A stretch of DNA of 64,000 nucleotides from Chrysomallon squamiferum (GCA_012295275.1 CM022676.1:8866001-8930000); one strand, 5' to 3'. Shown: positions 13,346 to 29,348, counted from the first letter of the stretch. Numbers and translations: made by a program. Notes: generated by a model from the letters alone, not told the origin.

Positions 13346-14560
13346 ATGGCGTTCAGTAGAAACATCATTATATTCCTTCTAAGGTTTTGCACTTGCTCAG
13401 GTAAAATGTGTTCTAGATAAAAAAAATTCTTAATTTCGACCCATTTTATATATCAGTCGGGACACGCACAGACGCACACTCTCACATACAAGCTATTTTC
13501 ACAAATAATTAAGTATGTTAACTACTTTCGCAAACGCATGCTTTCGCAAACAGTTCACTATATTATCCACTTTCTGAGACACTCCAATACTTCAGTTACT
13601 TTCGCAAATACTTCAGTACACTAGCGGTTGTGCAGCACATTATAAAAGGAAGAGAAATATTTTTCTTTCAAATTTTCTTCGTTAAAAACTTTTGTTGCAG
13701 CAATACAGCTGTCTCTTACTATGTCGGCCCAGACAGCGGTAAAGAATCAGCCTTTTTCGATTACATGTTCTGTGTCAGAATTACCTGTTAAGGGTGGCAC
13801 GATGTATATGCATGGTGGCAGATACATTATTGCTACATTTACCCAGTCAAAGGAATTGTGTAAAGTGGACGAAAGAAATCTGGTTGATGGCTATACAGGT
13901 GCCTGCGGAGAAGGAACTGATGATCCTTGTTCTAAAATAAAAAAATATATTATAAACTTTGAGAAAGTGACTGAGATCACATTCAAAAGATGGTGGTGTG
14001 AGGAATCCTGGACCCGTGCAGCTAGCAATAATGTAACTATAACTATGAAAGTAAGTATAGATCAATTATATTTAGTGTGAGCGTGTGTTCTGTGTATATA
14101 TATATATATAGTGTGTGTGTGAGTATTTCTTTGTGTGTTCACGTCTGTTTTTTTTTTTTTTTTTTTTTGTGTATCTGTGTGTGTTTATCTAAATTTACGT
14201 GTTTGTTTTAATGTGAGATTCTGTGTGTTTGGCGTGGTCTTTGCATTTGAATTTATATCGCTGCTTTGCAGACTGCGTGTATTGTGCGATTTCTTTTATA
14301 TTTGTCTGCATCTTGTGTTTGTTCATATATATTGTCATTTTTAAGAATATTTGAATTTAATCAATAAGAAAGATTATTATCAAGATTACGTGTGTGGTGC
14401 TTGATACAAGTAAAAAAAACATTGATTTTATATTTAGTCATAGCTTTAAAATGCATGAACTACAGGTTATCCAACTTTTTCATTTGGCACAAATTCAGTA
14501 ATGGAGAATATAATAAAAATAAAACGTTTTAGACATTTATTTTTTTTTCAGGAAGATTAA
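13346..14560 (+). CDS. Family A gene A2: secreted single Ig-like domain protein, 137 aa; coding exons 13346-13400, 13701-14050, 14552-14560
   Basis: MAFSRNIIIFLLRFCTCS|AIQLSLTMSAQTAVKNQPFSITC...ACGEGTDDPCSKIKKYIINFEKVTEITFKRWWC...NNVTITMK|ED*. All introns GT-AG, phases 1 and 0 as in A1. Confidence 0.8.
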
Positions 14561-15488
14561 AAAACGCTAGTCACAGACTGCTTTGTGTCATTGATGTCTT
14601 ACATGTAAGAAAAATAATATTTATTTATTTAAAATTATTAATACATATTATATATTTGTATAGAATAATATGGATCTCTCTGGCTTCACACACGCACACA
14701 CACACACACACACAGACACACACACACACAGACATACATACACGCAGACACACACAAACACATACACATTATAGATATAACAATTAATTTTATCTGTTGG
14801 TGCCAAATTAATTCAATATCTTTGCTTTTTCAGATTAGTCAGCTTAATCCATATGTTAGCTGGTTGACCAACAATGACCACTGAAGTAATATTCGATGGA
14901 CATTTGTTTGCAGTATTCCTGTTGCAGTTTGAAAAAAAAATTCTTTTTTCTTTGTAATTTTTAGTAAACGCGATTATCAGATGTATAAAGTTTTTTTGCT
15001 TTGTTGTATTTTTATTGTCATTTACACTCATGTTTTTAATGTGGTTTTAAATTCAAAGATTGTTACTGATTTATTTATTTATTTAATTATTTATATATTT
15101 ATTTTATTTTATTTTATTTTAATTATTTATTTTTCTGTCTGTTTCATTTCAGTTTATTTGATTTATTTCATTTTTCTTCCTAGTTTATCTATTTTTATTA
15201 TTATTTTTTTTTCTTTCATTTATTTTTTTCATTTTATTTATTTCCTTTGAATTATTTATATGTTTGTTTTTAGGTCTTATCATGTACCATCAATTAAAAT
15301 TTGTTTAATACAGTTTTTACCAGATTCTATTATGGATAGTATTTTAATACCTATTTTTTTTTTTTACAATACTTTTTGCTAAGATGGTACCATGACTCTA
15401 AGTGAATATTTTAATAATTTTTTTTATTCTGTAATGGGCCCCATCTTAACATTTTTCTGTCACAGAAGTTTGTTATTTTTAGCATCAT

Positions 15489-15577
<89 letters not shown>

Positions 15578-16349
15578 CATCATTATTATTACTATTATTA
15601 TTTATAGTGTATTAAGTTACAAACATGTATTGCAACTCTAATAGTTCTCTTTTATACATAATGGTTACTTTTAATGTTTTGAAAAAATAAAAAGGTTTCG
15701 TTTAAGAAACTTGTGTAGTTATTTTTTATTTATTTATTTTATTTTTGTTGTTGCTGTAGTTGTTGCTGCTGTTGTTGTTATGACAATTCTGAATCATCAC
15801 AAAACTTCGTGTTTAACATTTCAGACCAATATGTACACTTTTATTATTTTATTCTATTGTTTCTTAGTTGTTTTTTGTTGTTGTTTTCTTTTTGTATTTT
15901 GAATTCAGTTGTTGACTGATTTCAAGTATCTACCTATGAATGTTTCTTTATGGGAAAGATTAAGTGTGTCCAGTAAAATATTAATATTTTAGTTAAGTTC
16001 TTAACTTGAGAAAAAATTACAAAATGTGAAAAATATGCATTAAAAATAGTTGTTAATAATAATAATAACAATAATAATAATAATAATAATAATAAGGTGA
16101 ATAATAATAATAAATAAATGAATAAACTTTACTTACTTATTTATTTATATATTTATTTTCTCTTATTTTGTTTTATTGATTTATTTTATTTATTATTGTT
16201 ATCATTTATTTTCCTTTAGGTATATCATTTTTGTTGCAAGAACATTTAGCACTTGCTCAGGTAAATTCTGTTCTATATAATTTATATATCGGGGGAAGAC
16301 AGGCACCCATACAAATATACACACACACACACACACATAATAATAATAA

Positions 16350-16380
<31 letters not shown>

Positions 16381-16478
16381 AAATATAATGTGAATAATAA
16401 TAATAAATCAAACCGTAAATAAATGAATAATGAATATTCTATTTATTTATTTTTGTCCTTTTGTTTGTTTGTTTTAAT

Positions 16479-16513
<35 letters not shown>

Positions 16514-17924
16514 TATACTTTGTTTTACTTTCTTTTATTTTATTGATTTATTTTCATTTATTATTATTATAATTTATTTTTACTTTTAATTTTTTTCTAA
16601 AAAGAAAAACGCCTTCTTTAGCTCTATCATTTTCGGTGAAAGAACATTTACAAGAAATGGAGATCAGTAGAGACATCATTATGTTTTTACTAACCTTTAG
16701 CACTTGCTCATTTAAATTCTATTCTATAATTTATACATCAAAGGGAACACACAGACAAACACACACACACACACACACACACGTTTTCGTAAACAACAAC
16801 AACAATCATAATAATAAGGAGAGGAATAAGACTAGCAGCAGCAGCAGCAGCAGAAACAGCAACAACAACAACAATAATAATAATGAAAAGAAAACTAAGC
16901 ATCACTATAGATGGAATAAGGCTGATCTTTCATCAAACTGTCACATGTTTTTTGAGAACGCTACAGTATGTTGAAATAATGACGTAAATTATATCTCCGT
17001 CGCTCATTACGAAATCAGTCAAGGTCACTAGAATTATCTTTTTGCAAGAAGAGGATTTCGATTTGGTAAAGTTTTGCATTTGTTATTTAAAATATCCCTT
17101 TCAGTTTTCCATATTTTTATTGTTATTATGATTATGATTATGATTATGATTATTATCATTTATTTATTTATTTATTTATGTATTTTTTTTTTTATCTATC
17201 TATTTATTTACTATTATTTTATTTTCTTAAAGACATTTGGAAACTACAGTTGTAAAATATAGGTTAAATGATTAAGTTATTTTATATTCTGCTTTTCAAA
17301 CAATCTCCAGTAATTACATTTTTGTTTTGTTTATATATTTTTTTTGTTTTGTTTTTGTTTGACTATCGTATCATTTTCAATATGGCTGCCGAAAGAAAAT
17401 GAATAGTTAGCTTTTTATGAAGATTCCTATTTTTTTTAACTGTTACTTTTTTCTTGCAATTAGCCCTTTGAGAGGTATCGTATGTAAAGAAATAATTCCA
17501 TTTATATATATATTTATTTATTTATTTTAAGTGAATAAATATAGATATACATAAACAATATATTGACTCTAATAAAAGAAAGTACTAAATACTATAGGGT
17601 TTGAAAGTTGTCTGAAATGTAGCATCTGAAGTACCAAATTAACCAACCATTTAAACAAATCAGTTCCCAAAAAAAAAAAAAAAAAAAAAAAAAGACCGTA
17701 AGAAAAAACGGAACACCGTGAAGCAGACGACAGAAGCTAAGACGGCATTCGGGAAGGTTCGGATTTATCCGCGTATTCGGCCGATATGATCCGAATACAC
17801 ACATTTGGCGACGTGATGACTGGCGATTTCGAACCCTGTACAATTATTACTGTCTTTGTTACTGTTATTGTTGTTGTTGTTACTGTTACTATTCATTTGA
17901 ATATTAATGTTGTTATTCCCATTA

Positions 17925-17984
<60 letters not shown>

Positions 17985-18556
17985 GATACAGTGATCATCT
18001 CCGATTTTGTTTTTTCGTCCATATTAATGAAGGAAACATTCAAACACTTGGGACCAAGTTCTAATTAATTTTGATGTTACAGTTGCCTATTGTCCCATTT
18101 TGGTTCTCGCGACTGGATCCAGAAAGCTGCTAATTTTATTATAAAATATTGAGCAGACATTTGCTTTGTTACATATTTCATACCTGGAGAATTTAATATT
18201 GTTATACATCTCTGTGATTTAGTTTTTTATTATCTGTAACATTTTCCTTTCTTTCTCTTTGTTTGTATTTTGGAATTTTTTTGTTGACTGGTTTGAACCT
18301 TTGTACCTATGGATGTTTCTTTACAGGAAACATTAACTGAGTCGAGTAAAATATTAATATTGTAGTTAATTTCCAAAGTTGAGAAAACATTCGAAAATGC
18401 TAAAAATATGCATACATGCCTGAAGTGATTCTTAAAAATATTTTTCTCTGTTCTTTGTTGTTTGTTTGTTTGTTTGCTTCCTTCATTCCATGTTTATTTC
18501 TAAAAAGAGTTTCTTTATTAGGTACTTTACTTTTGGTACAAGAACAGTTTCAAGAA

Positions 18557-19788
18557 ATGACGTTCAGTAGAAACATCATTATATTGCTACTAAGCATTAG
18601 CACTTGCTCAGGTAAAATCTGTTATAGATAAATTGTTCTTCATCAGCACCAAATTTAATATATCAGTGAAATCGCACAGAGAAGCTATATTCGCATATAA
18701 TTCAGGATATTAGCTAACTTTCTCAAATAATTCAGTTCATCGGCTACTTTGGAAATAATTCAGTATATTTACTACTTTCACAAATAATTCTGTCCATTAG
18801 CTGCTTTCGCTAATAATTATATAACATTAACTACTTTCTCAAATAATTCAGTATATTAGCTAGTTTGTCAAATAATTCTGTACATTAGCGGCTGTCCACG
18901 AAAGAGAAAAATTTTGTTTTCACTTTTACTTTTTTAAACTTTTGTTCCAGCAATACAGATGTCTCTTACTACGTCGGCCCCGACAGCGACATATAATCAG
19001 TCTATTTCGTTTACGTGTACTGCGTTAGAATTATCTAGAGACTATGCCATAACATATATCTTCGGTCGCGGATACATTATTGGTACATTTAAACAGACAT
19101 TAGATTCGTGTTTTGCCCGTAGCGATAAGGGTTACAAAGCTGTTTGTGGAGAAGGAACTGATTATGGTTGTTCTAAAATAAAAAAATATATTTTAACCGT
19201 TGAGAAAGTGACCGATCGAACATTCAAAACATGGTCGTGTCAGGAATGGAAAACCAAAGCAGCTAGTAATAATGTAACTTTATCTTTCAAAGTAAGTATA
19301 GATAAATTATATTTTGTGTGTGCGTGAGTTGTATGTATATATTTAATGTGGGTATAAATACTTCTTTTTGTGTTTATGTGCGTGTTCTTTTTAAATTTTG
19401 TTGTTGTATATCTGTGTGTTTATCCAAATGTTTGAAAGGAATTTTTTTTAATGTGAAATTTTGTGTGTATCTGTGTTGTTCTTTTATACGTGTGTTGCAG
19501 ATTGTGTGTATTTTGTGATTTTTTTATATTTCTGTGCATTTTCTGTGCATATATGTAGTAATTTTTAAGAATATTTCATTAATAAATAACAAAGTTCGTA
19601 TCAAGATGACGTCAATTGTCCTTGATACAAGTAAAAACATTGATTTTATATTTAGTAATAAGTTTAAAATGTCATCAACTACAGCGTATCTAAGTTTTCA
19701 TTTGCCACTTGTAATAACAACAAATTTAGTCATCTTCAATATAACAAAAAGAAAATATTTTAAACATTTATTTTTTCAGGAAAATTAA
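18557..19788 (+). CDS. Family A gene A3: secreted single Ig-like domain protein, 134 aa; coding exons 18557-18611, 18951-19291, 19780-19788
   Basis: MTFSRNIIILLLSISTCS|AIQMSLTTSAPTATYNQSISFTC...VCGEGTDYGCSKIKKYILTVEKVTDRTFKTWSC...NNVTLSFK|EN*. GT-AG introns, same phases as A1/A2. Confidence 0.78.
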
Positions 19789-19849
19789 AAAACCTAGAAA
19801 CAGAGTGCATTGTGTCATTCGATGAATTACATGTAAGGGAAATAACAAT

Positions 19850-19880
<31 letters not shown>

Positions 19881-19963
19881 TTTGTTTGTTTGTTTGTTTA
19901 CAATAATTAATAAACATTAAATATTTGGATATATGTCTAATAATATGGATCTCTCTTGGTTCA

Positions 19964-20016
<53 letters not shown>

Positions 20017-20249
20017 ATTATAGATTTAACAATTAATTTAAGCTATAGGTGCCAAATTTGTTTTTGTAGATTAGTCGGCTTAATCCATATGTTAGCTGGT
20101 TGACCAACAATGACCACTGAAGTAATATTCGATGGACATTTGTTTGCAGTATTCCTGTTGCAGTTTGAAAACAAATTCTTTTTTCTTTGTAATTTTTTAG
20201 TAAACGCGATTATCAGATGTATAAAGTTTTTTTTCTTTGTTGTATTTTT

Positions 20250-20735
20250 TTTGTCATTTACACTCATGCTTTTAATGTGGTTTTAAATTCAAAGATTGTT
20301 ACTGATTTATTTATTTATTTAATTATTTATATATTTATTTTATTTTATTTTATTTTAATTATTTATTTTTCTGTCTGTTTCATTTCAATTTATTTGATTT
20401 TTTTTTTTTTTTCACTTTTCTTCCTAGTTTATGTATTTATTTTTAATTTTTTTCTTCTTTTCTTTCGTTTATTTTGTTGATTTTGTTTATTTGCTTTGAA
20501 TTATTTGTATGTTTGTTTTTAGGTCTTATCATGTACCATCAATTAAAAATAAGTTTAATACAGTTTTTACCAGATTATATTATGGAAACTATTTTAATAG
20601 TTTTTTATTATGATATTTATTGCTTAGATGCTATCATGACTCTAACTGAATGTATTTTTGTTTTTTGTTTTTATTCTGTAATGGACCCTATCTTAACATT
20701 TTTCTGTTAAAATAGTTTGTACCTTTTGGCATCAT

Positions 20736-20767
<32 letters not shown>

Positions 20768-21317
20768 TAATTTATATATTTATTTAGTTATTTATTATTA
20801 TTATTATTATTACTATTATTATTATCATCATTATTATTACTATTATTATTTATAGTGTATTAAGTTACAAACATGTATTGCAACTCTAATAGTTCTCTTT
20901 TATACATAATGGTTACTTTTAATGTTTTGAAAAAATAAAAAGGTTTCGTTTAAGAAACTTGTGTAGTTATTTTTTATTTATTTATTTTATTTTTGTTGTT
21001 GCTGTAGTTGTTGCTGCTGTTGTTGTTATGACAATTCTGCATCATCACAAAACTTCGTGTTTAACATTTCAGACCAATATGTACACTTTTATTATTTTAT
21101 TCTATTGTTTCTTAGTTGTTTTTTGTTGTTGTTTTCTTTTTGTATTTTGAATTCAGTTTTTGACTGACTTGAAGTATCTACCTATGAATGTTTCTTTATG
21201 GGAAAGATTAAGTGTGTCCAGTAAAATATTAATATTTTAGTTAAGTTCTTAACTTGAGAAAAAATTACAAAATGTGAAAAATATGCATTAAAAATAGTTG
21301 TTAATAATAATAATAAC

Positions 21318-21349
<32 letters not shown>

Positions 21350-21736
21350 GGTGAATAATAATAATAAATAAATGAATAAACTTTACTTACTTATTTATTT
21401 ATATATTTATTTTCTCTTATTTTGTTTTATTTTATTGATTTATTTTATTTATTATTGTTATCATTTATTTTCCTTTAGGTATATCATTTTTGTTGCAAGA
21501 ACATTTAGCACTTGCTCAGGTAAATTCTGTTCTATATAATTTATATATCGGGGAAGACAGGCACCCATACAAATATACACACACACACACACACATAATA
21601 ATAATAATAATAATAAAAATAATAATAATAATAATAAAAAATATAATGTGAATAATAATAATAAATCAAACCGTAAATAAATGAATAATGAATATTCTAT
21701 TTATTTATTTTTGTCCTTTTGTTTGTTTGTTTTAAT

Positions 21737-21771
<35 letters not shown>

Positions 21772-23062
21772 TATACTTTGTTTTACTTTCTTTTATTTTA
21801 TTGATTTATTTTCATTTATTATTATTATAATTTATTTTTACTTTTACTTTTTTTTAAAAAGAAAAACGCCTTTTTAGCTCTATCATTTTCGGTGAAAGAA
21901 CATTTACAAGAAATGGAGATCAGTAGAGACATCATTATGTTTTTACTAACCTTTAGCACTTGCTCATTTAAATTCTATTCTATAATTTATACATCAAAGG
22001 GAACACACAGACAAACACACACACACACACACACACGTTTTCGTAAACAACAACAACAATCATAATAATAAGGAGAGGAATAAGACTAGCAGCAGCAGCA
22101 GCAGCAGAAACAGCAACAACAACAACAATAATAATAATGAAAAGAAAACTAAGCATCACTATAGATGGAATAAGGCTGATCTTTCATCAAACTGTCACAT
22201 GTTTTTTGAGAACGCTACAGTATGTTGAAATAATGACGTAAATTATATCTCCGTCGCTCATTACGAAATCAGTCAAGGTCACTAGAATTATCTTTTTGCA
22301 AGAAGAGGATTTCGATTTGGTAAAGTTTTGCATTTGTTATTTAAAATATCCCTTTCAGTTTTTCATATTTTTATTGTTATTATGATTATGATTATGATTA
22401 TGATTATTATCATTTATTTATTTATGTATTTTTTTATTTATCTATCTATTTATTTACTATTATTTTATTTTCTTAAAGACATTTGGAAACTACAGTTGTA
22501 AAATATAGGTTAAATGATTAAGTTATTTTATATTCTGCTTTTCAAACACTCTCCAGTAATTACATTTTTGTTTTGTTTATATATTTTTTTTGTTTTGTTT
22601 TTGTTTGACTATCGTATCATTTTCAATATAGCTGCCGAAAGAAAATGAATAGTTAGCTTTTTATGAAGATTCCTATTTTTTTTAACTGTTACTTTTTTCT
22701 TGCAATTAGCCCTTTGAGAGGTATCGTATGTAAAGAAATAATTCCATTTATATATATATTTATTTATTTATTTTAAGTGAATAAATATAGATATACATAA
22801 ACAATATATTGACTCTAATAAAAGAAAGTACTAAATACTATAGGGTTTGAAAGTTGTCTGAAATGTAGCATCTGAAGTACCAAATTAACCAACCATTTAA
22901 ACAAATCAGTTCCCAAAAAAAAAAAAAAAAAAAAAAAAAGAACGTAAGAAAAAACGGAACACCGTGAAGCAGACGACAGCAGCTAAGACGGCATTCGGGA
23001 AGGTTCGGATTTATCCGCGTATTCGGCCGATATGATCCGAATACACACATTTGGCGACGTGA
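20250..23062 (+). repeat. Near-identical segmental copy of ~15015-17815; a third partial copy starts at 23063
   Basis: Long stretches match almost letter for letter (ORF track 15711 vs 20959, 17592 vs 22838, 20474 vs 23283). At 23062/23063 the truncated MITE joins TTTGTCATTTACACTCATG. Confidence 0.85.
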
Positions 23063-24048
23063 TTTGTCATTTACACTCATGTTTTTAATGTGGTTTTAAG
23101 TTCAAAGATTGTTACTGATTTATTTATTTATTTAATTATATAATTTATTTTATTTTATTTTATTTTAATTATTTATTTTTCTGTCTGTTTCATTTCAGTT
23201 TATTTGATTTTTTTTTTTTTTTTCACTTCTTCCTAGTTTATGTATTTATTTTTAAATTTTTTCTTCTTTTCTTTCGTTTATTTTGTTGATTTTGCTTATT
23301 TGCTTTGAATTATTTATATGTTTGTTTTTAGGTCTTATCATGTACCATCAATTAAAAATAAGTTTAATACAGTTTTTACCAGATTATATTATGGAAACTA
23401 TTTTAATAGTTTTTTATTATGATATTTATTGCTTAGATGCTATCATGACTCTAACTGAATGTATTTTTGTTTTGTTTTTATTCTGTAATGGACCCTATCT
23501 TAACATTTTTCTGTTAAAATAGTTTGTACCTTTTGGCATCATTTATTTATTTATTTATTTATTTAATAATTTATATATTTATTTAGTTATTTATTATTAT
23601 TATTATTATATTATTATTATTATTATTTATAGTGTATTAAGTTACAAATATGTATTTTAAATGTTATAGTTCTATTTTATACATAACTGTTACCTTTAAT
23701 GTTTTGAAAAATTAAAAAGGTTTTGTTTAAGAAACTTGTGTAGTTATTTTTTATTTATTTAGTTTATTTTTGTTGTTGCTGTAGTTGTTGCTGCTGTTGT
23801 TGTTATGACAATTCTGCATCATCACAAAAGTTCGTGTTTAACATTTCAGACCAATATGTACAATTTTATTAGATAATAATAATACTAACATATTCTTAGA
23901 CGGAATATCACAGAAAACCGCATTATAATAACATTGTTAACAACGTTCAACCACTTTTTAGTGTGTCCAGTAAAATACTAATACTTTAATTAAGTTCTAA
24001 AGTTGCGAAAAAATTACAAAATGCGAAAAATATGCATTAAAAACAGTT

Positions 24049-24089
<41 letters not shown>

Positions 24090-24334
24090 GAATAAACTTT
24101 ACGTATTTACTTATTTATTTATTTATTTATTTATTTATATATATATATATATATTATTTTATTTTGTTTTATTTTATTGATTTATTTTATTTATTATTAT
24201 TATCATTTATTTTCCTTTAGGTATATCATTTTTGTTGCAAGAACATTTAGCACTTGCACAGGTAAAGTCTGTTCTATATAATTTATATATTAGGGGGAAG
24301 ACAGGCACCCATACAATTATACACACACACACAC

Positions 24335-24398
<64 letters not shown>

Positions 24399-25306
24399 TA
24401 ATAATAATAATAACAATAAATATAATGTGAATAATAATAATAATAAATCAAACCGTAAATAAATGAATAATGAATAACAAATTTAGTAATCAGTAATATA
24501 ATAAAAAGAAAATATTTTAAACATTTCGTTTTTCAGGAAGATTAAAAAACCTAGAAACAGAGTACATTATTTAATGTATATAGTTTATTTTGTTCTTTCT
24601 TGTATTTTTCAAATCAGTTATATGTTCCTGTTTTTAAATTCAAAGACTATTTTTTATTTTATTTTTTTATTTTATTTTACATTATTTTATTTTAATTAGT
24701 TATTGATGTGTTTGTGTCATTTCAGTTTATTTCTATTATTTCACTTTTTTTCCTAATTTATCTATTTATTTTTTTATACTTTTATTGATTATTTGTTTTC
24801 TTCTTCTGTTTCATTTATTTTATTCATTTCATTTATTTCCTATGATTTATTTATTTCTTTGTTTTTAGTTTCATAAATTATTATTTTTTATTATAATAGT
24901 TTTTTTTTTATCAGATGATATAATAGATACTATTTTAATGCATTTTTTATTATAATATTTTTTGCTTAGATGGTATCACGAATCTAATTGAATGTTGTTG
25001 TATTTTTTACTCTGTTATGGACCGTATCTTAAACAATTTCTGTTAGAAAGGTTTGTATTTTTTTAATAATTTTTTTTGCTTTATTTTATTTATTTATTTA
25101 TTCGTTTATTTATTTATTTATTTATCTATTTATTTATTATTTATTTATTTATTTATTTATTTATTACTGTTATTATTATTATTATTATTAATAGTGCATT
25201 AAATAACAAACTCACGATTTGCAAATGTAATAGTTCTATTTTATACATTATGGTTACTGTTAATGTTTTGAAAAAAATAAAAAGTTTTGTTTACGAAACT
25301 TGTGTT

Positions 25307-25337
<31 letters not shown>

Positions 25338-25440
25338 CTGTAGTATTTACAATTAAATAAAATCAAATTATCTTTGCCGGCGAGTTTTGTCTGGTGGTTC
25401 TGTGAATTATTTTCTTTACAAAATAATATATATATATATA

Positions 25441-25874
25441 CAGGGTGTCCCAGAAGTCACGCACCATGAAGATTTTTATTTAGATACATATGAATAAAAA
25501 TTTTATTAATAATAATCATAAAAATGCTCAAATTGTTTGCCCTCTGCATTGATACATACTTCAATTCTCTTTATAAAACTGTTTTTTACTCTGTTGAGGG
25601 TTTCGCTACTAATTTTTTGACATTCAATTGTTATTGCATCTTTCAAATCATTAAGAGTTCGTGGACGATTCTGGTAAACAACAGATTTAAGATGTCCCCA
25701 AAGAAAATAGTCAAGAGGTGACAGATCTGGTGATCGAGGTGGCCACTCCACAGGACCTCTTCGCCCAATCCATCTGTCAGGAAAAGTCTGATTCAGGATA
25801 TAATATAATAAAAAATAAAAAAAAATAAAAATATTATATACATGTATATGGTGCGCGACTTCTGGGACACTCTG
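25441..25874 (-). mobile_element. Tc1/mariner deletion derivative retaining the transposase C-terminus
   Basis: ~27-bp TIRs CAGGGTGTCCCAGAAGTCACGCACCAT / ATGGTGCGCGACTTCTGGGACACTCTG, TA on both sides. Minus-strand WIGRRGPVEWPPRSPDLSPLDYFLWGHLKSVVY...CINAEGKQFEH contains the third catalytic-Asp region typical of Tc1/mariner transposases. Confidence 0.9.
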
Positions 25875-26792
25875 TATATATTGTTTTGTAAAATTATGTA
25901 TACATTATAAACGTGTGTGTGTGTAGCTGTGTATGTGTGTCTGTGTGTGAAATGTAAGATCGTTTCTGTGGCTCTGCAAGTAAAAGGTCGCCACGCATTG
26001 TGATAATGAATATTCATGAGAATGTGACGTTGAGTTGGCGATGCGCTGTTAATAATAATCATTTTTTTAGATTCAGTGGATCAAGCGCGTATCTCTTTTC
26101 GAAGCACGAAGAACATATTTTATAAAAGTTATTTATGTATTCGTATACAGTAACATGTTAAAAAAATTAATAATAATTTATTGAACTATTTTGCGAAAGT
26201 CCAATCTACAATGAACCGTTTTGCGAAAGTAATATCACTAATTCAGTAGCTTTATGTGTTTTGATTTTTTTGTTGTTGTTTTTTTAACAGCAAAACGTTT
26301 ACTGTATTAGGCGCTATTGTCATGTTTAAAAATCATTCAAATATTTCGTTATTTCCATAATAAACAATTCATTGAATTAACTGTAACATTATTTTCTCAA
26401 AACATTTTGTTACTTATACTATTTTACATTATATTAGAAACTAAATTAATGATAAGTACTCAAAATTATTGATTTGTAATATGTGAATTAATAACGTCAT
26501 TTTTGAAAAATTGTTAAACAAACTTTTTATTTTCTTTGTAAATTCACTGAAAATAGTTATAGTATTATTTTCTCAAAAGATTTACATATTTACCCTATTT
26601 TCTAGAAGTAATAGACCAGTTTTTCGGCAAACAATTCACTGGAATAAGTCAGTACTTTCGCAATAAATTCAGCCATATTAGCTACCTTTTTCGCAAACAG
26701 TTCAGTATATTAGCGACTTTCCAGCAAATTATTATTGAAAGAGAAACATAATTGCTGTATTTTATTTTTGCATTTTAAGACTTTTCTTCCAG

Positions 26793-27153
26793 CATTTTCG
26801 CTGTCTTTTTCGACCTCGGCCCCGACTGCCGTAAAAATCGGCCGCAATCAGACTTTTCCGTGTACTGTAACAGATGCCGACGCTCTGGCAGCTATGTTAC
26901 ATATCTTTGCTGACATCTACGTTCGTTACATTTAATCAGGCACTTGAATCGGGTAGACACGAAAAACATTATCAGCCTTAAGGCTACATAGGTGTCTGTG
27001 GGGAACGAACTGATGGTCCTCAAGGCTTTAATATATTGTAACCATTGAAAAAGGTGACTGAGATTGAACATAAAACATGGTGGTGTGATGAATGTCTTTC
27101 CAATATAATTAGCAGTAACATAAGAGGGACGGGAAAAAGGTATATATAAAAAC

Positions 27154-27189
<36 letters not shown>

Positions 27190-27309
27190 AAGTGATAGTT
27201 TTAAGCCTATTTAAATTAAAAAATTGTTTTTTTTTGTGTGTATATATATACTTCACATAAGTGAAAACTATTTGCTTTATAATTACTAACAGGTCATGTA
27301 CTACACAGT

Positions 27310-27358
<49 letters not shown>

Positions 27359-27431
27359 AAATTATGATAACAACAAAGTAACATTGAATATTATAAAAAG
27401 AAAGTTTTAAGGAATTTTGCAGGAAGATTAA
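26793..27431 (+). pseudogene. Family A pseudogene A4 (Ig-like exon plus terminal ED* exon)
   Basis: Acceptor TTCCAG|CA, then FSLSFSTSAPTAVKIGRNQTFPCTV with a stop at 26933-26935. GYIGVCGERTDGP and VTEIEHKTWWCDE lie in shifted frames. Terminal exon AG|GAAGATTAA at 27423-27431. No signal exon seen immediately upstream. Confidence 0.8.
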
Positions 27432-27462
27432 CTTTTTTTTTTTGCATTATTTTATTATTCGT

Positions 27463-27522
<60 letters not shown>

Positions 27523-27724
27523 ATAGAAAGTTTTAACTCAGTTTTGTAGGTTCTATTTTATATATATGGTTACTGTTAATCAAAAAAATAAAAAAGTTTT
27601 GTTTAGGATTTGTGTTAAATTTTTTTTTTTTGTCTATTTAAATTTATTTTGCTAGTCAAAAAGTGATTTGTGTTATTTATTTATTTATTTCGACAAATGT
27701 AAAATATTTACATTTGAATATAAA

Positions 27725-28614
<890 letters not shown>

Positions 28615-28843
28615 TTTATATATATATATGCTATTACTATAAAATTCATCTACGGGTGCCAAATTAATGGAAAATATTTGTTTTCACGTTAGCCTTTTAA
28701 TTCAGATGTTAACAGCTGTGAACATTAATCACCGTTAAAGTCATATTTGAAGAAGATTTGTTTATATCGTTTCTGTTGCAGTTTGAATTTGACCTTTTTT
28801 CCTATGACAGTTATTTGTTCTGAATGATAATGTTATCGTATTA

Positions 28844-28886
<43 letters not shown>

Positions 28887-28909
28887 ATTAATTATTATTA
28901 TTATTATTA

Positions 28910-28941
<32 letters not shown>

Positions 28942-29348
28942 ATTTCACACATTGTCAGCATAAAGAATTGATTCGCAGAATAAAGGAATCACCTGTTAAA
29001 AATAGTATTTATTTATTTATTTGTTATTATTATTATGATTATTATAATAATTATCATCATTATTATTCTTGTTGTTGCTGTTGTTATTATTATCATTATT
29101 TATATTATTATTATTTTTATTATTGTTATTATTATTGTTGTTACTATAATTATTATTATTATTATTATTATTAACTTATAAAAACTAATGAATGTTTATG
29201 TGTATGTGTATATACATACATACATACATACATATACATAGGTATACATACATAGCCAGTGAACAGAAAATTATGTAATTTTCATTTTGAATTTTATTTC
29301 TATCTATATACTACTTTTTATTTTATATTTATTGTTATTTCTCTTTGT

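Noticed and set aside
14552-14867. Hydrophobic anchor-like reading past the A2 stop (KTLVTDCFVSLMSYI|LVSLIHMLAG*)
   Set aside because: The frame is not preserved in A1 or A3 because of indels and stops, so it is likely accidental.
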